A stretch of 35,962 nt of DNA from Eubacteriales bacterium. GTDB lineage: Bacteria; Bacillota; Clostridia; Oscillospirales; CAG-272. The stretch lies in the NCBI GenBank assembly GCA_045646755.1, contig JAZRLJ010000137.1, forward strand, positions 1 to 35,962, given 5' to 3'. Below, one piece after another: positions 7,940-16,652 of the stretch. The notes under the pieces were generated by a model that saw only the letters and a program-made list of their open reading frames with translations, ran no database searches and had not been told where the DNA came from. The position numbers and the translations under genes were made by a program. Each line of letters opens with the position of its first letter. Position 1 is the first letter of the stretch.

Positions 7940-9760
7940 TCAAACCCTTACGTGCTTTAATTCGGAGGGCGCGAGGGTTACCTCGGTCGCCGCACCGTCT
8001 TTCTCTATTCTTGCATAGAGAGGAATGTCAAAATCAGTATTAAGAAGATAAACGTCACCGCTCTCGTATACCGAGAAGCGTACCTTATCGTTTGCAAGCA
8101 CCTTTACGTCAGCTGCTCTGTGGCTTGCAGAGAGAAGCTCACGCACTACTGCTCTGTAGCACTCGTACGTCTGTCCGGCTCCGGGATAGTCAAGAGAGGT
8201 GAGAAGAATTGCATATCCCTCTCCAAGCTTATTTTCGGTTATCGCAATTCCGCAGTCGGGAACAGCAGCCACGGCAAAGGTATCGCTGAGAGTTGCCACA
8301 GGCTTAGCTCCGAGAAGCTCTACAGCCGCATAATTCGCATATCCCGCAGAGAAAGAGGGGTCGTAAGATCCCTTGTCATAAGGATAGATTATATCCTCGC
8401 ACTGACTCTCAAAGAATTTAACACCGGTGCTTGTGACGTAAGCGTTTTCCGCGTCAAGTCTTGCTCCGAACAGTTCCGTAAGATTACCGTCACGAAGAAG
8501 CTTTACCTCTCCGTCGCGTCTGTCGTTAGTATTAAGGTGAGAAGCGCACATAAAGAGTCTTCCGCCGCCCTTTACGTAGGAAATAAGCTTCTCGTATATT
8601 TCCTCGGTCATAGTGTTCCAGCCGGTGAATATAAGGTAATCGTATGCCGAAAGAGCTTCTGCACTGACAAGTCCGATATTGACTATATCAAAAGTTCCGT
8701 ATCCGGGCGCACCGCTGTAGTCACGAGGACCGAAATTGTTAATATCGCACCAACGTCGCTTGGTTCCAAGCTCGGATAGAATTCTGTTGGTAAACTCAGG
8801 AGCTCCGTAGCCCCAGTTCTTATCGTAAATATTGTTCCAAAGGGAGCTTCCGCAATTCCATGAGCTCCAGCCGTCAGAGTTACCCTGAACAAATGCAACC
8901 TTGGTTATGGGATATCCCTCGGGACGATTATCTGTCTCAAGGAAGTCGGTGAATTCATCAACGGTTTTTCTATAGAATACGGGAAGCTCGTGGTCATATC
9001 CCTCTCTCATTCCGTGGCTGCACATACAGATGTCACCGCTCTCGAGAATGATTCCGCCTCCGCCGTTCATATAAGAATAGTCATATACCATGCGAAGTCT
9101 CTTCTTCTTAAGCTCGTCCGCATTGTCAACGCCACCGTACCATTCGTGCGCTACGTAGTTAAGGTACGCCTTGTCGCCTCTTGCCTTTGCGCTTCCTCTG
9201 AGGAGAGGAACTGTATTCTCAACGTCACCGCACATAGTTTCAAGCACGGGAATTCCCGTTCTTGCGGCGGTTACGTAGGAGACAAGAGAGGTTGCCTCGA
9301 TAACGCTGATACCGATATTCTCGGAAAATCCTATTCTGTCTACAGCCTCGTTAACGTGAGCTATAAAACCGTCTCTTCCCTCACTCATTTCTTCAATATC
9401 GTGGTATCCTGCAAGCTTACCGTATGCACTGCCCGAGCAAGCGTACTTACTGCCAAGCTCAGGAACGAGTATTCCGAGAAAATGCTCTCCCGCTACCTCT
9501 TTTATCTTATCCGCCGTTTCCGCATCAAAGGGGAAACCAAGGCTCTTATCTGCGCTGAATGCAAAATGAAAATATATATCGTTTTCGGCCATATACTTTG
9601 CCCACGAAAGAACCATTTCGGGAGCTATAGTTTCACCCCTGTAAAGAGCTATGCTCGTATAGTTCTTTCTGCCCTCGATGCATTTCTCGCGTATCTCGTC
9701 TATCACGGTATCCGGGTTAAGCTCGTATTCGCCGATTCTTATTCCGTTAAGAAATTTCAT
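7940..9760 (-). CDS. Putative glycoside hydrolase of unassigned family, paralog 4
   Basis: 606 aa. Same motif set. AAGGAG RBS upstream. First gene of the tandem operon. Confidence 0.6.
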   Translation of the reverse strand: MKFLNGIRIGEYELNPDTVIDEIREKCIEGRKNYTSIALYRGETIAPEMVLSWAKYMAENDIYFHFAFSADKSLGFPFDAETADKIKEVAGEHFLGILVPELGSKYACSGSAYGKLAGYHDIEEMSEGRDGFIAHVNEAVDRIGFSENIGISVIEATSLVSYVTAARTGIPVLETMCGDVENTVPLLRGSAKARGDKAYLNYVAHEWYGGVDNADELKKKRLRMVYDYSYMNGGGGIILESGDICMCSHGMREGYDHELPVFYRKTVDEFTDFLETDNRPEGYPITKVAFVQGNSDGWSSWNCGSSLWNNIYDKNWGYGAPEFTNRILSELGTKRRWCDINNFGPRDYSGAPGYGTFDIVNIGLVSAEALSAYDYLIFTGWNTMTEEIYEKLISYVKGGGRLFMCASHLNTNDRRDGEVKLLRDGNLTELFGARLDAENAYVTSTGVKFFESQCEDIIYPYDKGSYDPSFSAGYANYAAVELLGAKPVATLSDTFAVAAVPDCGIAITENKLGEGYAILLTSLDYPGAGQTYECYRAVVRELLSASHRAADVKVLANDKVRFSVYESGDVYLLNTDFDIPLYARIEKDGAATEVTLAPSELKHVRV

Positions 9761-9800
9761 TTTTTATTTCTCCTTCATAGATTTTTGCTATAACAAGGAT

Positions 9801-9829
9801 ATGATACCATACATTTTAATAAAGTTCAA
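9801..9829 (-). promoter_or_regulatory. sigma-A type promoter for the paralog 4-3-2 operon
   Basis: Minus strand TTGAAC-17 nt-TATCAT with extended TG. Confidence 0.55.
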
Positions 9830-9839
9830 CCCTTTTCTA

Positions 9840-9869
9840 TTGACAAAGATAGAAAAAATATAGTAAAAT
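9840..9869 (+). promoter_or_regulatory. sigma-A type promoter for the DUF4317 gene
   Basis: TTGACA-18 nt-TAAAAT. Confidence 0.55.
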
Positions 9870-9899
9870 ACCTTAACTAACTTAATAGGAAACGAGGTT

Positions 9900-11033
9900 T
9901 TGAAAATGACTGAAAGAGAGCTTAGAGAAATCAAAAGACGCTTCCGTCCCGAAAGAAGCAATATATCAAAAATAGTAGGCTGCTTCGTAAACGAAAACAA
10001 GCAGATAATATACAGAATAAATCAGCCCGTCGAATTTGCCGAAAGTGAGCTTAGCGAAAGACTGCTCACTTCTATGAAAAAGGTCCTCTCGGGAAGCCTC
10101 GGCACAAACCTTACCGATATTTCCTTCAGCACAAAGCAGGTGCTCGAGAGCGAGGAGCACGCCCTCCTTACGAAGCTGCGCGAGAGTCACCTCTCCGATT
10201 CCGATGCGCTTGAAAAATTCTACGCTAACGTTATAGAGAGCATAAAAATCGAGGGCAACTACGTAATACTTCTCGCAAACGATATATACGACGTCTTTGA
10301 ATATTCAAAGGACGGTGAAAATAGTGAGTCGAGCGAAGTATTTTCTTACATTGTATGCGCGGTATGTCCAATAAAGAGTCTGCCCGAGGCGCTTACCTTT
10401 AAGGAAGCGGACAGCCTTTTTCACCCTCTTAGTCTTACGGGTGTCCTCGCTTCTGCAGAGCTCGGATTTATGTTTCCCTGCTTTGACGGAAGACGCACGA
10501 ACATTTATAACGCGCTCTTCTACTCCAGAAACCTCGGGGAGAGCTATCCCGATTTTGCGAAAAAAATATTCTCCTCCGAACCCAAAATGCCCCCGAAGGC
10601 TCAGAAAGCGGCATTTGCCGAGTGCCTGAGCGCAGCTCTCGGTGAGGAATGTAGCTACGACGTTGTACGTGCGCTTCACGAGGAGGTCGCTGCCATGATA
10701 GAGGTGCATAAGGAGACAAAGGACCCCGAGCCTCTCACCGTTACGAAAACGACTGTGAAGGATGCCCTCGAAAAGCTTGGCGTAGAGGAAGAAAAGATAG
10801 AAAAGCTCGGCGAGAGCTTCGAGGAAAGCTTCGGAAAAAACGCAGAGCTTTCTCCTAAAAACATTCTGTCTCCCAAGAAGCTTGAGCTTCAAACTCCCGA
10901 TATAAAAATAAAAGTATCCTCCGACAGAGGAGACCTTGTTTCAACCAAAGTAATAAACGGCACGAAATACGTCATGATAAAGGTAGAGGGCTCAGTAGAG
11001 GTAAACGGAATAACGCTAAATATAGAGGAATAA
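9900..11033 (+). CDS. DUF4317 family protein (conserved clostridial protein)
   Basis: The N-terminus ELREIKRRFRPERSNISKIVGCFVN, the LGFMFPCFDGRRTNI motif and the C-terminal INGTKYVMIKVEGSVEVNGI are typical of DUF4317. Start is TTG 9900 or ATG 9906. Confidence 0.8.
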   Translation: MKMTERELREIKRRFRPERSNISKIVGCFVNENKQIIYRINQPVEFAESELSERLLTSMKKVLSGSLGTNLTDISFSTKQVLESEEHALLTKLRESHLSDSDALEKFYANVIESIKIEGNYVILLANDIYDVFEYSKDGENSESSEVFSYIVCAVCPIKSLPEALTFKEADSLFHPLSLTGVLASAELGFMFPCFDGRRTNIYNALFYSRNLGESYPDFAKKIFSSEPKMPPKAQKAAFAECLSAALGEECSYDVVRALHEEVAAMIEVHKETKDPEPLTVTKTTVKDALEKLGVEEEKIEKLGESFEESFGKNAELSPKNILSPKKLELQTPDIKIKVSSDRGDLVSTKVINGTKYVMIKVEGSVEVNGITLNIEE

Positions 11034-11052
11034 AAAAATATTTCTCAAAGTG

Positions 11053-11081
11053 TTGTAAAATGCAGAAAAATATGATACAAT
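11053..11081 (+). promoter_or_regulatory. sigma-A type promoter for the NSS transporter
   Basis: TTGTAA-17 nt-TACAAT with extended TG. Confidence 0.55.
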
Positions 11082-11119
11082 AGTACATTATTGACGTTTT
11101 GTTCATTTGGAGAAAAATT

Positions 11120-12505
11120 GTGAGCTTAAAAAAGAAAACAACAGATTCAGCTTCTCACGGTCAGAGAAGCTCATTTTCGGGAAAGGTAGGCTTCGTTCTC
11201 GCTGCGGCAGGCTCCGCGGTAGGACTCGGAAACATCTGGCGCTTTCCCTACCTTGCCGCTCAGCACGGCGGCGGAATATTCCTACTCGTTTACATTCTGC
11301 TTTCTGTAACCTTCGGTTTTACCCTTATGGTTGCTGAAATCGCTATGGGAAGAAAGACGAGACTCAGTCCTATAGGAGCGTTCAAGGCTCTGGACAAGCG
11401 TTTTGGCTTTGTCGGTTACCTCGCGGCCATAGTTCCTATGCTTATTCTTCCCTATTACTCAGTAATCGGCGGATGGGTTACCAAGTATGCCTTCGGATTT
11501 ATTTCCGGCAATATGTCAGATATGGCGGAAAGCTCGTACTTCGGAGGATTTATCTCTGAGCTGTGGCAGCCTCTCTTCTGGTTTGCTCTCTTCATAGGAG
11601 CAACCGCAGTTATCGTTCTCTGCGGCGTTCAGAAGGGTATAGAAAAGGTAAGCAAGGTTATGATGCCGGTGCTTATCGCACTTATGCTTTTCATAATCAC
11701 ATACACCTTTATCACAACCGATAACGTCGGCGAGGGAATCGTTTACTACCTCAAGCCCGATTTCTCAAAGTTCACCTATATGACCGTCGTTGCGGCTATG
11801 GGACAGCTCTTCTACTCAATGTCGCTCGCTATGGGTATTATGATAACCTTCGGCTCCTATATGAAGAAGGATATCAGCATTGAAAAGTCGGCTCATCAGA
11901 TAGAGATATTTGACACCGGTATTGCATTCCTCGCAGGACTTATGATAGTTCCCGCTTGTATCGCTTACGATCCCTCTCAGCTCACAAAGGGTCCCGGCCT
12001 TATGTTCGGAGTTCTTCCCAAGATATTTAACAATATGCCCGGCGGCGCATTTATAGGCGCGGTATTCTTCCTTATGGTGCTTCTCGCGGCATTGACCTCT
12101 TCAATCTCCCTTATGGAAACGGTAGTTTCGACCATTCAGGACAAGTGGAAGCTCGACAGAAAAATCTCCTGCCTTACAACGCTCTGCATCAGCATTGTTC
12201 TCGGAGCATTCTCCTGCCTTGGATACAGCAAGTGGAGCGGATTTGCATTCTTCGGAAAATTCCAGGTGCTCGACTTCTTCGACTTTATTACCAACAGCGT
12301 AATGATGCCTATAATAGCGCTCCTTACCTGCGTTATGATTTCGTATTTCCTGAAGCCTAAGACGATTATAGATGAAATTTCCGTATCCGGAAAATTCCAA
12401 CTGAAAAATATGTTCTCTATAATGATAAAATACGTCGCTCCCATATGCCTTCTCGTGATCCTCGTGTTTGCGGTGCTTGAGGGTGTTGGAGTAATATCTG
12501 TTTAA
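11120..12505 (+). CDS. Sodium-dependent transporter, neurotransmitter:sodium symporter (NSS/SNF) family, probably an amino-acid symporter
   Basis: GSAVGLGNIWRFPY signature, AMGQLFYSMSL, GPGLMF and AALTSSISLME, with many TM segments. GTG start at 11120 follows a GGAG RBS. Confidence 0.95.
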   Translation: MSLKKKTTDSASHGQRSSFSGKVGFVLAAAGSAVGLGNIWRFPYLAAQHGGGIFLLVYILLSVTFGFTLMVAEIAMGRKTRLSPIGAFKALDKRFGFVGYLAAIVPMLILPYYSVIGGWVTKYAFGFISGNMSDMAESSYFGGFISELWQPLFWFALFIGATAVIVLCGVQKGIEKVSKVMMPVLIALMLFIITYTFITTDNVGEGIVYYLKPDFSKFTYMTVVAAMGQLFYSMSLAMGIMITFGSYMKKDISIEKSAHQIEIFDTGIAFLAGLMIVPACIAYDPSQLTKGPGLMFGVLPKIFNNMPGGAFIGAVFFLMVLLAALTSSISLMETVVSTIQDKWKLDRKISCLTTLCISIVLGAFSCLGYSKWSGFAFFGKFQVLDFFDFITNSVMMPIIALLTCVMISYFLKPKTIIDEISVSGKFQLKNMFSIMIKYVAPICLLVILVFAVLEGVGVISV

Positions 12506-12519
12506 GGCTTAAACAGAAC

Positions 12520-12556
12520 AAAACAAAAAGCTCGGAAAATTCCGAGCTTTTTGTTT
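12520..12556. terminator. Bidirectional rho-independent terminator
   Basis: AAAACAAAAAGCTCGGAA-aa-TTCCGAGCTTTTTGTTTT between convergent genes. Confidence 0.88.
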
Positions 12557-12565
12557 TTATATAAT

Positions 12566-13630
12566 TTAAAGATTGATGGTGTTAGCAACCTCGTAAAGAA
12601 CCTCAAGCTCAGCGCGTCTTTCAGCTGCAAGAGCCTTCATTCTGTCAAGCTCCTCAGTGCTAAACGCATCAAGGTCGCCGTCCTTGAGCTTGCCCTTGTA
12701 CATTCTGTCAAGGATAAGAGCGAAGTTGATATCAACAGACTCAATATCGCCGTTGCGCTGGCAGATAACGAGATTAGACTTGCCTGCAAGAAGCTCCTTT
12801 ACTGCAAAAACACCCATAGCAGATGCCATTACTCTGTCGCGGAGATTGGGGCTACCGCCTCTTACGATATGAGCAAATCTTGCAAACTTGGTTTCAACGC
12901 CGGTCTCAGCCTCAATCTTCTTTACAAGAGCGGGAGCATACTCGCTTCCTACACCCTCGGAAACAACTACGATAAAGTTACGCTTGCCAAGCTTTCTTGC
13001 TGCGTTTATCTTCTCGCAGATAGCGTCGGCATCATAAGAAAACTCGGGGATTACGCAAGCGGTTGCGCCTGCAGCAATTGCAGCGTTAAGAGCAATATCT
13101 CCGGCGCCTCTTCCCATAACCTCAACTACGTTGCAGCGCGCGTGAGATTCACAGGTATCGCGGAGCTTGTCGATAAGGTCAATAACAGTGTTCATAGCTG
13201 TATCATATCCGATAGAATTATCGGTAGAGGAAATATCGTTATCTATGGTTGCGGGAATACCAACGCAGGGAATTCCGTGAGCGGTAAGGTCGGTAGCTCC
13301 TCTGAAGGTTCCGTCACCGCCTATAGCTACAACGCCGTCAATACAGAGCTTCTCGCAGGTTTCAATAGCCTTAGCCATTCCCTCTGCGGTCTTGAACTCG
13401 GGGCATCTGTCAGAATAAAGAACCGTACCTCCCTTGTTGATTATGTTGGATACGTCTCTTATTCCAAGAGGCTTTACATCGCCGTCGATAAGTCCCGAGT
13501 ATCCGCGGGAAATACCCATTACCTCAACGCCGTTTGCAAGCGCTGCTCTTACGACAGCTCTTACAGCTGCGTTCATTCCGGGCGCGTCTCCACCCGAGGT
13601 GAGTACGCCTATTCTTCTGAAAGTTTTCAT
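12566..13630 (-). CDS. pfkA: ATP-dependent 6-phosphofructokinase
   Basis: LTSGGDAPGMNAA, IGGDGT, PATIDND, VEVMGR and HIVRGG motifs. Confidence 0.96.
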   Translation of the reverse strand: MKTFRRIGVLTSGGDAPGMNAAVRAVVRAALANGVEVMGISRGYSGLIDGDVKPLGIRDVSNIINKGGTVLYSDRCPEFKTAEGMAKAIETCEKLCIDGVVAIGGDGTFRGATDLTAHGIPCVGIPATIDNDISSTDNSIGYDTAMNTVIDLIDKLRDTCESHARCNVVEVMGRGAGDIALNAAIAAGATACVIPEFSYDADAICEKINAARKLGKRNFIVVVSEGVGSEYAPALVKKIEAETGVETKFARFAHIVRGGSPNLRDRVMASAMGVFAVKELLAGKSNLVICQRNGDIESVDINFALILDRMYKGKLKDGDLDAFSTEELDRMKALAAERRAELEVLYEVANTINL

Positions 13631-13672
13631 CTATCTATTCTCCATTTTTATTATTTACAGTTTCGGAATTTT

Positions 13673-13701
13673 ATTTTAACACATATTTCGGGCTTTTTCA
13701 A
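13673..13701 (-). promoter_or_regulatory. pfkA promoter
   Basis: Minus strand TTGAAA-17 nt-TAAAAT with extended TG. Confidence 0.6.
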
Positions 13702-13760
13702 TACTTATTTTGTATTTTCTTCGTTTTAGTTTATTTTCGCAATAAATATTTTTACCTGCA

Positions 13761-13789
13761 TTGACAAAGTTATAAATAGGTGATATAAT
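13761..13789 (+). promoter_or_regulatory. Consensus sigma-A promoter for the mgsA-like gene
   Basis: TTGACA-17 nt-TATAAT with extended TG, a perfect consensus. Confidence 0.85.
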
Positions 13790-13840
13790 ATTATAAAATG
13801 TTTTTAGGGCCTTTGATAGAAAAGACAGAAAGGAAAAACA

Positions 13841-14269
13841 ATGGATATAGCTATTATTGCAGAGAACAATAAAAAAGAACTTATGGCGCAATTCTGCATC
13901 GCGTATCGCGGAATTCTCAGCCGCCACCACCTGCTTGCAACCCACACAACCGGTAAATATATCTCCGACTCAACAGGACTTGAGATAGAGACCTTTCTCC
14001 CCGGCAGCTCAGGAACAGAGCAGATAGCCTCCAGAATTTCCTTTAACGAAATTGACCTGGTCTTTTACTTCAGAAGCACCGACCCTGCCAAGATAGTTTC
14101 AGACGCTGAGGAAAGTCTGCTCCGTCTCTGCGACGTTCACAACATTCCTCTCGCAACAAACATTGCAACCGCAGAGGCTCTCGTCACCGCGCTTGACCAC
14201 GGCGAGCTCAACTGGAGAGAATTCATTAACCCAAGAAGCGAATATAATCAGAGAAAGAAAAGAAGATAA
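13841..14269 (+). CDS. mgsA: Methylglyoxal synthase-like (MGS domain) protein with degenerate active site
   Basis: IAIIAENNKK, ATHTTG and LLRLCDVHNIPLATNIATAE match the MgsA fold. Several catalytic positions are altered (see findings). Confidence 0.8.
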   Translation: MDIAIIAENNKKELMAQFCIAYRGILSRHHLLATHTTGKYISDSTGLEIETFLPGSSGTEQIASRISFNEIDLVFYFRSTDPAKIVSDAEESLLRLCDVHNIPLATNIATAEALVTALDHGELNWREFINPRSEYNQRKKRR

Positions 14270-14272
14270 TTT

Positions 14273-14312
14273 TTGTTGCGCCCCGCGTTCCTATCGGTTC
14301 GCGGGCTGCAAC
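14273..14312 (+). terminator. GC-rich hairpin after the mgsA-like gene (weak terminator or processing stem)
   Basis: TGTTGC..CCCGCG / CGCGGG..GCAACA imperfect stem followed by TTTATTTTT. Confidence 0.5.
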
Positions 14313-14334
14313 ATTTATTTTTAAGTAGGATTTT

Positions 14335-14760
14335 ATGAAAGAAGTTAAAATAAAAATCGAATCAACCGTCGAGGAGCTTGACGACGCGGGCCTTACCGAA
14401 AGCTCGGAAAAAACCGAATCTACAGCAAAAGGATTTATAGACGAAAACGAAGATAAAATAAAAATCACCTATTCTGAGACCGAAGAAAACATAACCACAA
14501 ACACTCTCATAACCGTAACCGAAAAAGAGGTGTCGGTCACAAGAGACGGCGGCGTTGAGTACGAATTTGTTTTCAAAGAGGGAGAGAGCACCTCTTCCGT
14601 CTACTCTGTACCTCCGTACAGCTTTGACACTGAGATTTATACGAGAAAAATCAGAAAAGCTCTTACGGATACAGACGGTGAAATATCCCTACTCTACGAT
14701 ATGACGATAGGCGGAGCGAAGAAGCGCACGAGAATGAAAATCAAGGTGATGAAAAAATGA
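14335..14760 (+). CDS. DUF1934 family (YwiB-like) beta-barrel protein
   Basis: Pattern ITYSE...VSVTRDGGVEYEFVFKEGESTSSVYSVPPYSF...LLYDMTIGG is typical of DUF1934. Confidence 0.75.
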   Translation: MKEVKIKIESTVEELDDAGLTESSEKTESTAKGFIDENEDKIKITYSETEENITTNTLITVTEKEVSVTRDGGVEYEFVFKEGESTSSVYSVPPYSFDTEIYTRKIRKALTDTDGEISLLYDMTIGGAKKRTRMKIKVMKK

Positions 14761-15797
14761 ATATATCCGAATTTAAAGCAAGGCTTAAATCGGGTGACGC
14801 TAAGGGCTGGTATATAATATCAGGCGAGGAGGAATACCTCAAAAGATACTATAAAAATGAGATAAAGAAGTCTTTGATTTCAGAGGACGACCCGTTTGCT
14901 CTCTTTAATCACTCGGTATTCGATGGCGGTCTTGATTTTGACATTATGGCGTTCATTGAATCAGTGAAATCGCCACCGATGATGAGCGATGCAAAAGTAA
15001 TCGAATGGCACTTCGCAGACCTTACAAAGCTCAAAGAAAAGGAGATTACGGCTCTCTGTGACCTCGCAGCCGCAAAGGGCGATTATCCTTACGCTACGGT
15101 AATAATATCGGCGCTTCCCGACGGGTTTGACGTCGGAACGCCCAAAAAGCCAACTAAAATTTACAAAACGCTCTCAGAATTCTTCGATATTCTCAATTTT
15201 GAAAAATCATCTGATGCTCAGCTTGTAGCCTGGATACAGAAGCATTTTTCAGCCGAGGGACTCTCTGTCGGGCGCGATGTAGCTCTCGGTATCGTTATGA
15301 GAGTCGGTCACTCAATGCAGACTCTCGCACTCGAAATAGACAAGCTGTGCGCCTATGCGAAGGCAAAAGGAAAAACTGAAGTTTCCGCCTCCGACGTCAG
15401 TGAAATCTGCTCTTCGAGTATTGAGAGCGAAGCGTTTGCAATATCAAACGCGATTATTGAAAAGAATATAGAAAAGGCGTTTATTGCCCTTGAGGATATG
15501 AAAATGCAGAGAGTGGACGCAGGACAGATACTCGCGCAGCTCTCAAAGACGTACGCCGACCTTATGTCCGTAGCGCTCTTCTCAGAGGAAGGAAAAAGCG
15601 CGCAGGACACTGCCGCTATTATGAAATTTCACCCGTACAAGCTTGGGCTCTATATGAACGCAGCAAAAAGACTCGGCTCTGAAAAAATAGCCGCCTCACT
15701 TGATTCTCTGATAAAGACAGACGCCGCCTCAAAGTCGGGCGGAATATCGGGATACGAGGCAATAGAAATTTTTATTACTCAAAACATAGGACGATAA
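14757..15797 (+). CDS. holA: DNA polymerase III delta subunit
   Basis: YIISGEEEYL, SPPMMSD, LEIDKLCAY, FAISNAI and HPYKL motifs. ATGA overlap with the upstream gene. Confidence 0.9.
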   Translation: MNISEFKARLKSGDAKGWYIISGEEEYLKRYYKNEIKKSLISEDDPFALFNHSVFDGGLDFDIMAFIESVKSPPMMSDAKVIEWHFADLTKLKEKEITALCDLAAAKGDYPYATVIISALPDGFDVGTPKKPTKIYKTLSEFFDILNFEKSSDAQLVAWIQKHFSAEGLSVGRDVALGIVMRVGHSMQTLALEIDKLCAYAKAKGKTEVSASDVSEICSSSIESEAFAISNAIIEKNIEKAFIALEDMKMQRVDAGQILAQLSKTYADLMSVALFSEEGKSAQDTAAIMKFHPYKLGLYMNAAKRLGSEKIAASLDSLIKTDAASKSGGISGYEAIEIFITQNIGR

Positions 15798-15827
15798 CGT
15801 CCTGTTCAAATTTTAATGGAGAAAATT

Positions 15828-16547
15828 ATGAAAAAGATTGTAGCAATAGCGCTTCTTCTCTGTATATGCTTATCATTTGTATCCTGCGGTGACGGAGGCG
15901 CATGTGAGTATGCAGAAAGCCGAGATGTTTCCGGCAGAGATATAAAATACGTTGAAATATGCTTTAAGGATTACGGAACGTGCATAGTTCTTCTTGATGC
16001 TACCACAGCTCCCGTGACAGTGGCAAACTTCATTTCTCTCGTAGAATCAGGCTTTTACGACGGTCTCAAAATGCATAGAATTATCAAGGACTTTATGATT
16101 CAGGGCGGAGACCCCTCCGGTGACGGCACGGGCGGTAACGTAGACGAAAGCGGAAATAAAAAAGAAATATTCGGCGAGTTTGACGATAACGGACACAAAA
16201 ACGACATTTCTCACAAAAAAGGGGTTATCTCAATGGCGAGAAGTGACTCCCCCAATTCCGCATCCTCTCAGTTCTTTATCTGCAATGCAGACGCTAGCGA
16301 TTCCCTCGACGGAAGCTATGCAGCATTTGGTTACGTGGTTGAGGGCCTCGACGTTATAGACGAAATAACGGAAAAGGTTTTCCCAAAAACCGAATATGCA
16401 TCCTACTACGGTGACTACTCGATAGATTCAACCTATGGAACATATAAACATGTCGTATGGCAGTACCTCGGAAACGGTGCGCTTAACAAGGAAGCTGTAA
16501 AGCCTGTTATAAAGTACATCAAAGTGCTTGAAAACTATGAGCCATAA
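15828..16547 (+). CDS. Cyclophilin-type peptidyl-prolyl isomerase, lipoprotein
   Basis: APVTVANF, HRIIKDFMIQGGD, GVISMAR, SASSQFFI and LDGSYAAFG motifs. Signal peptide with lipobox FVSC. GGAG RBS favours ATG 15828. Confidence 0.92.
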   Translation: MKKIVAIALLLCICLSFVSCGDGGACEYAESRDVSGRDIKYVEICFKDYGTCIVLLDATTAPVTVANFISLVESGFYDGLKMHRIIKDFMIQGGDPSGDGTGGNVDESGNKKEIFGEFDDNGHKNDISHKKGVISMARSDSPNSASSQFFICNADASDSLDGSYAAFGYVVEGLDVIDEITEKVFPKTEYASYYGDYSIDSTYGTYKHVVWQYLGNGALNKEAVKPVIKYIKVLENYEP

Positions 16548-16573
16548 GACTGAATTTCTATATAAAATTACTC

Positions 16574-16603
16574 TTGACATTATCTTATAGCTTGTGATAA
16601 AAT
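16574..16603 (+). promoter_or_regulatory. guaB-asnA promoter
   Basis: TTGACA-18 nt-TAAAAT with extended TG. Confidence 0.6.
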
Positions 16604-16652
16604 ATAATACAATAATTAAAAATAAAGAAATATAATAAGTGAGGAAGAAAAA

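Noticed and set aside
210-9760. Mobile island, or DGR/phase-variation explanation for the paralog cluster
   Set aside because: No integrase, transposase, reverse transcriptase, invertase, att-like flanks or adenine-specific TR/VR pair seen. Divergence is spread as in ordinary paralogs.
16548-16652. Purine riboswitch upstream of guaB; T-box upstream of asnA
   Set aside because: The leaders are short and AT-rich, with no aptamer stems or T-box sequence.
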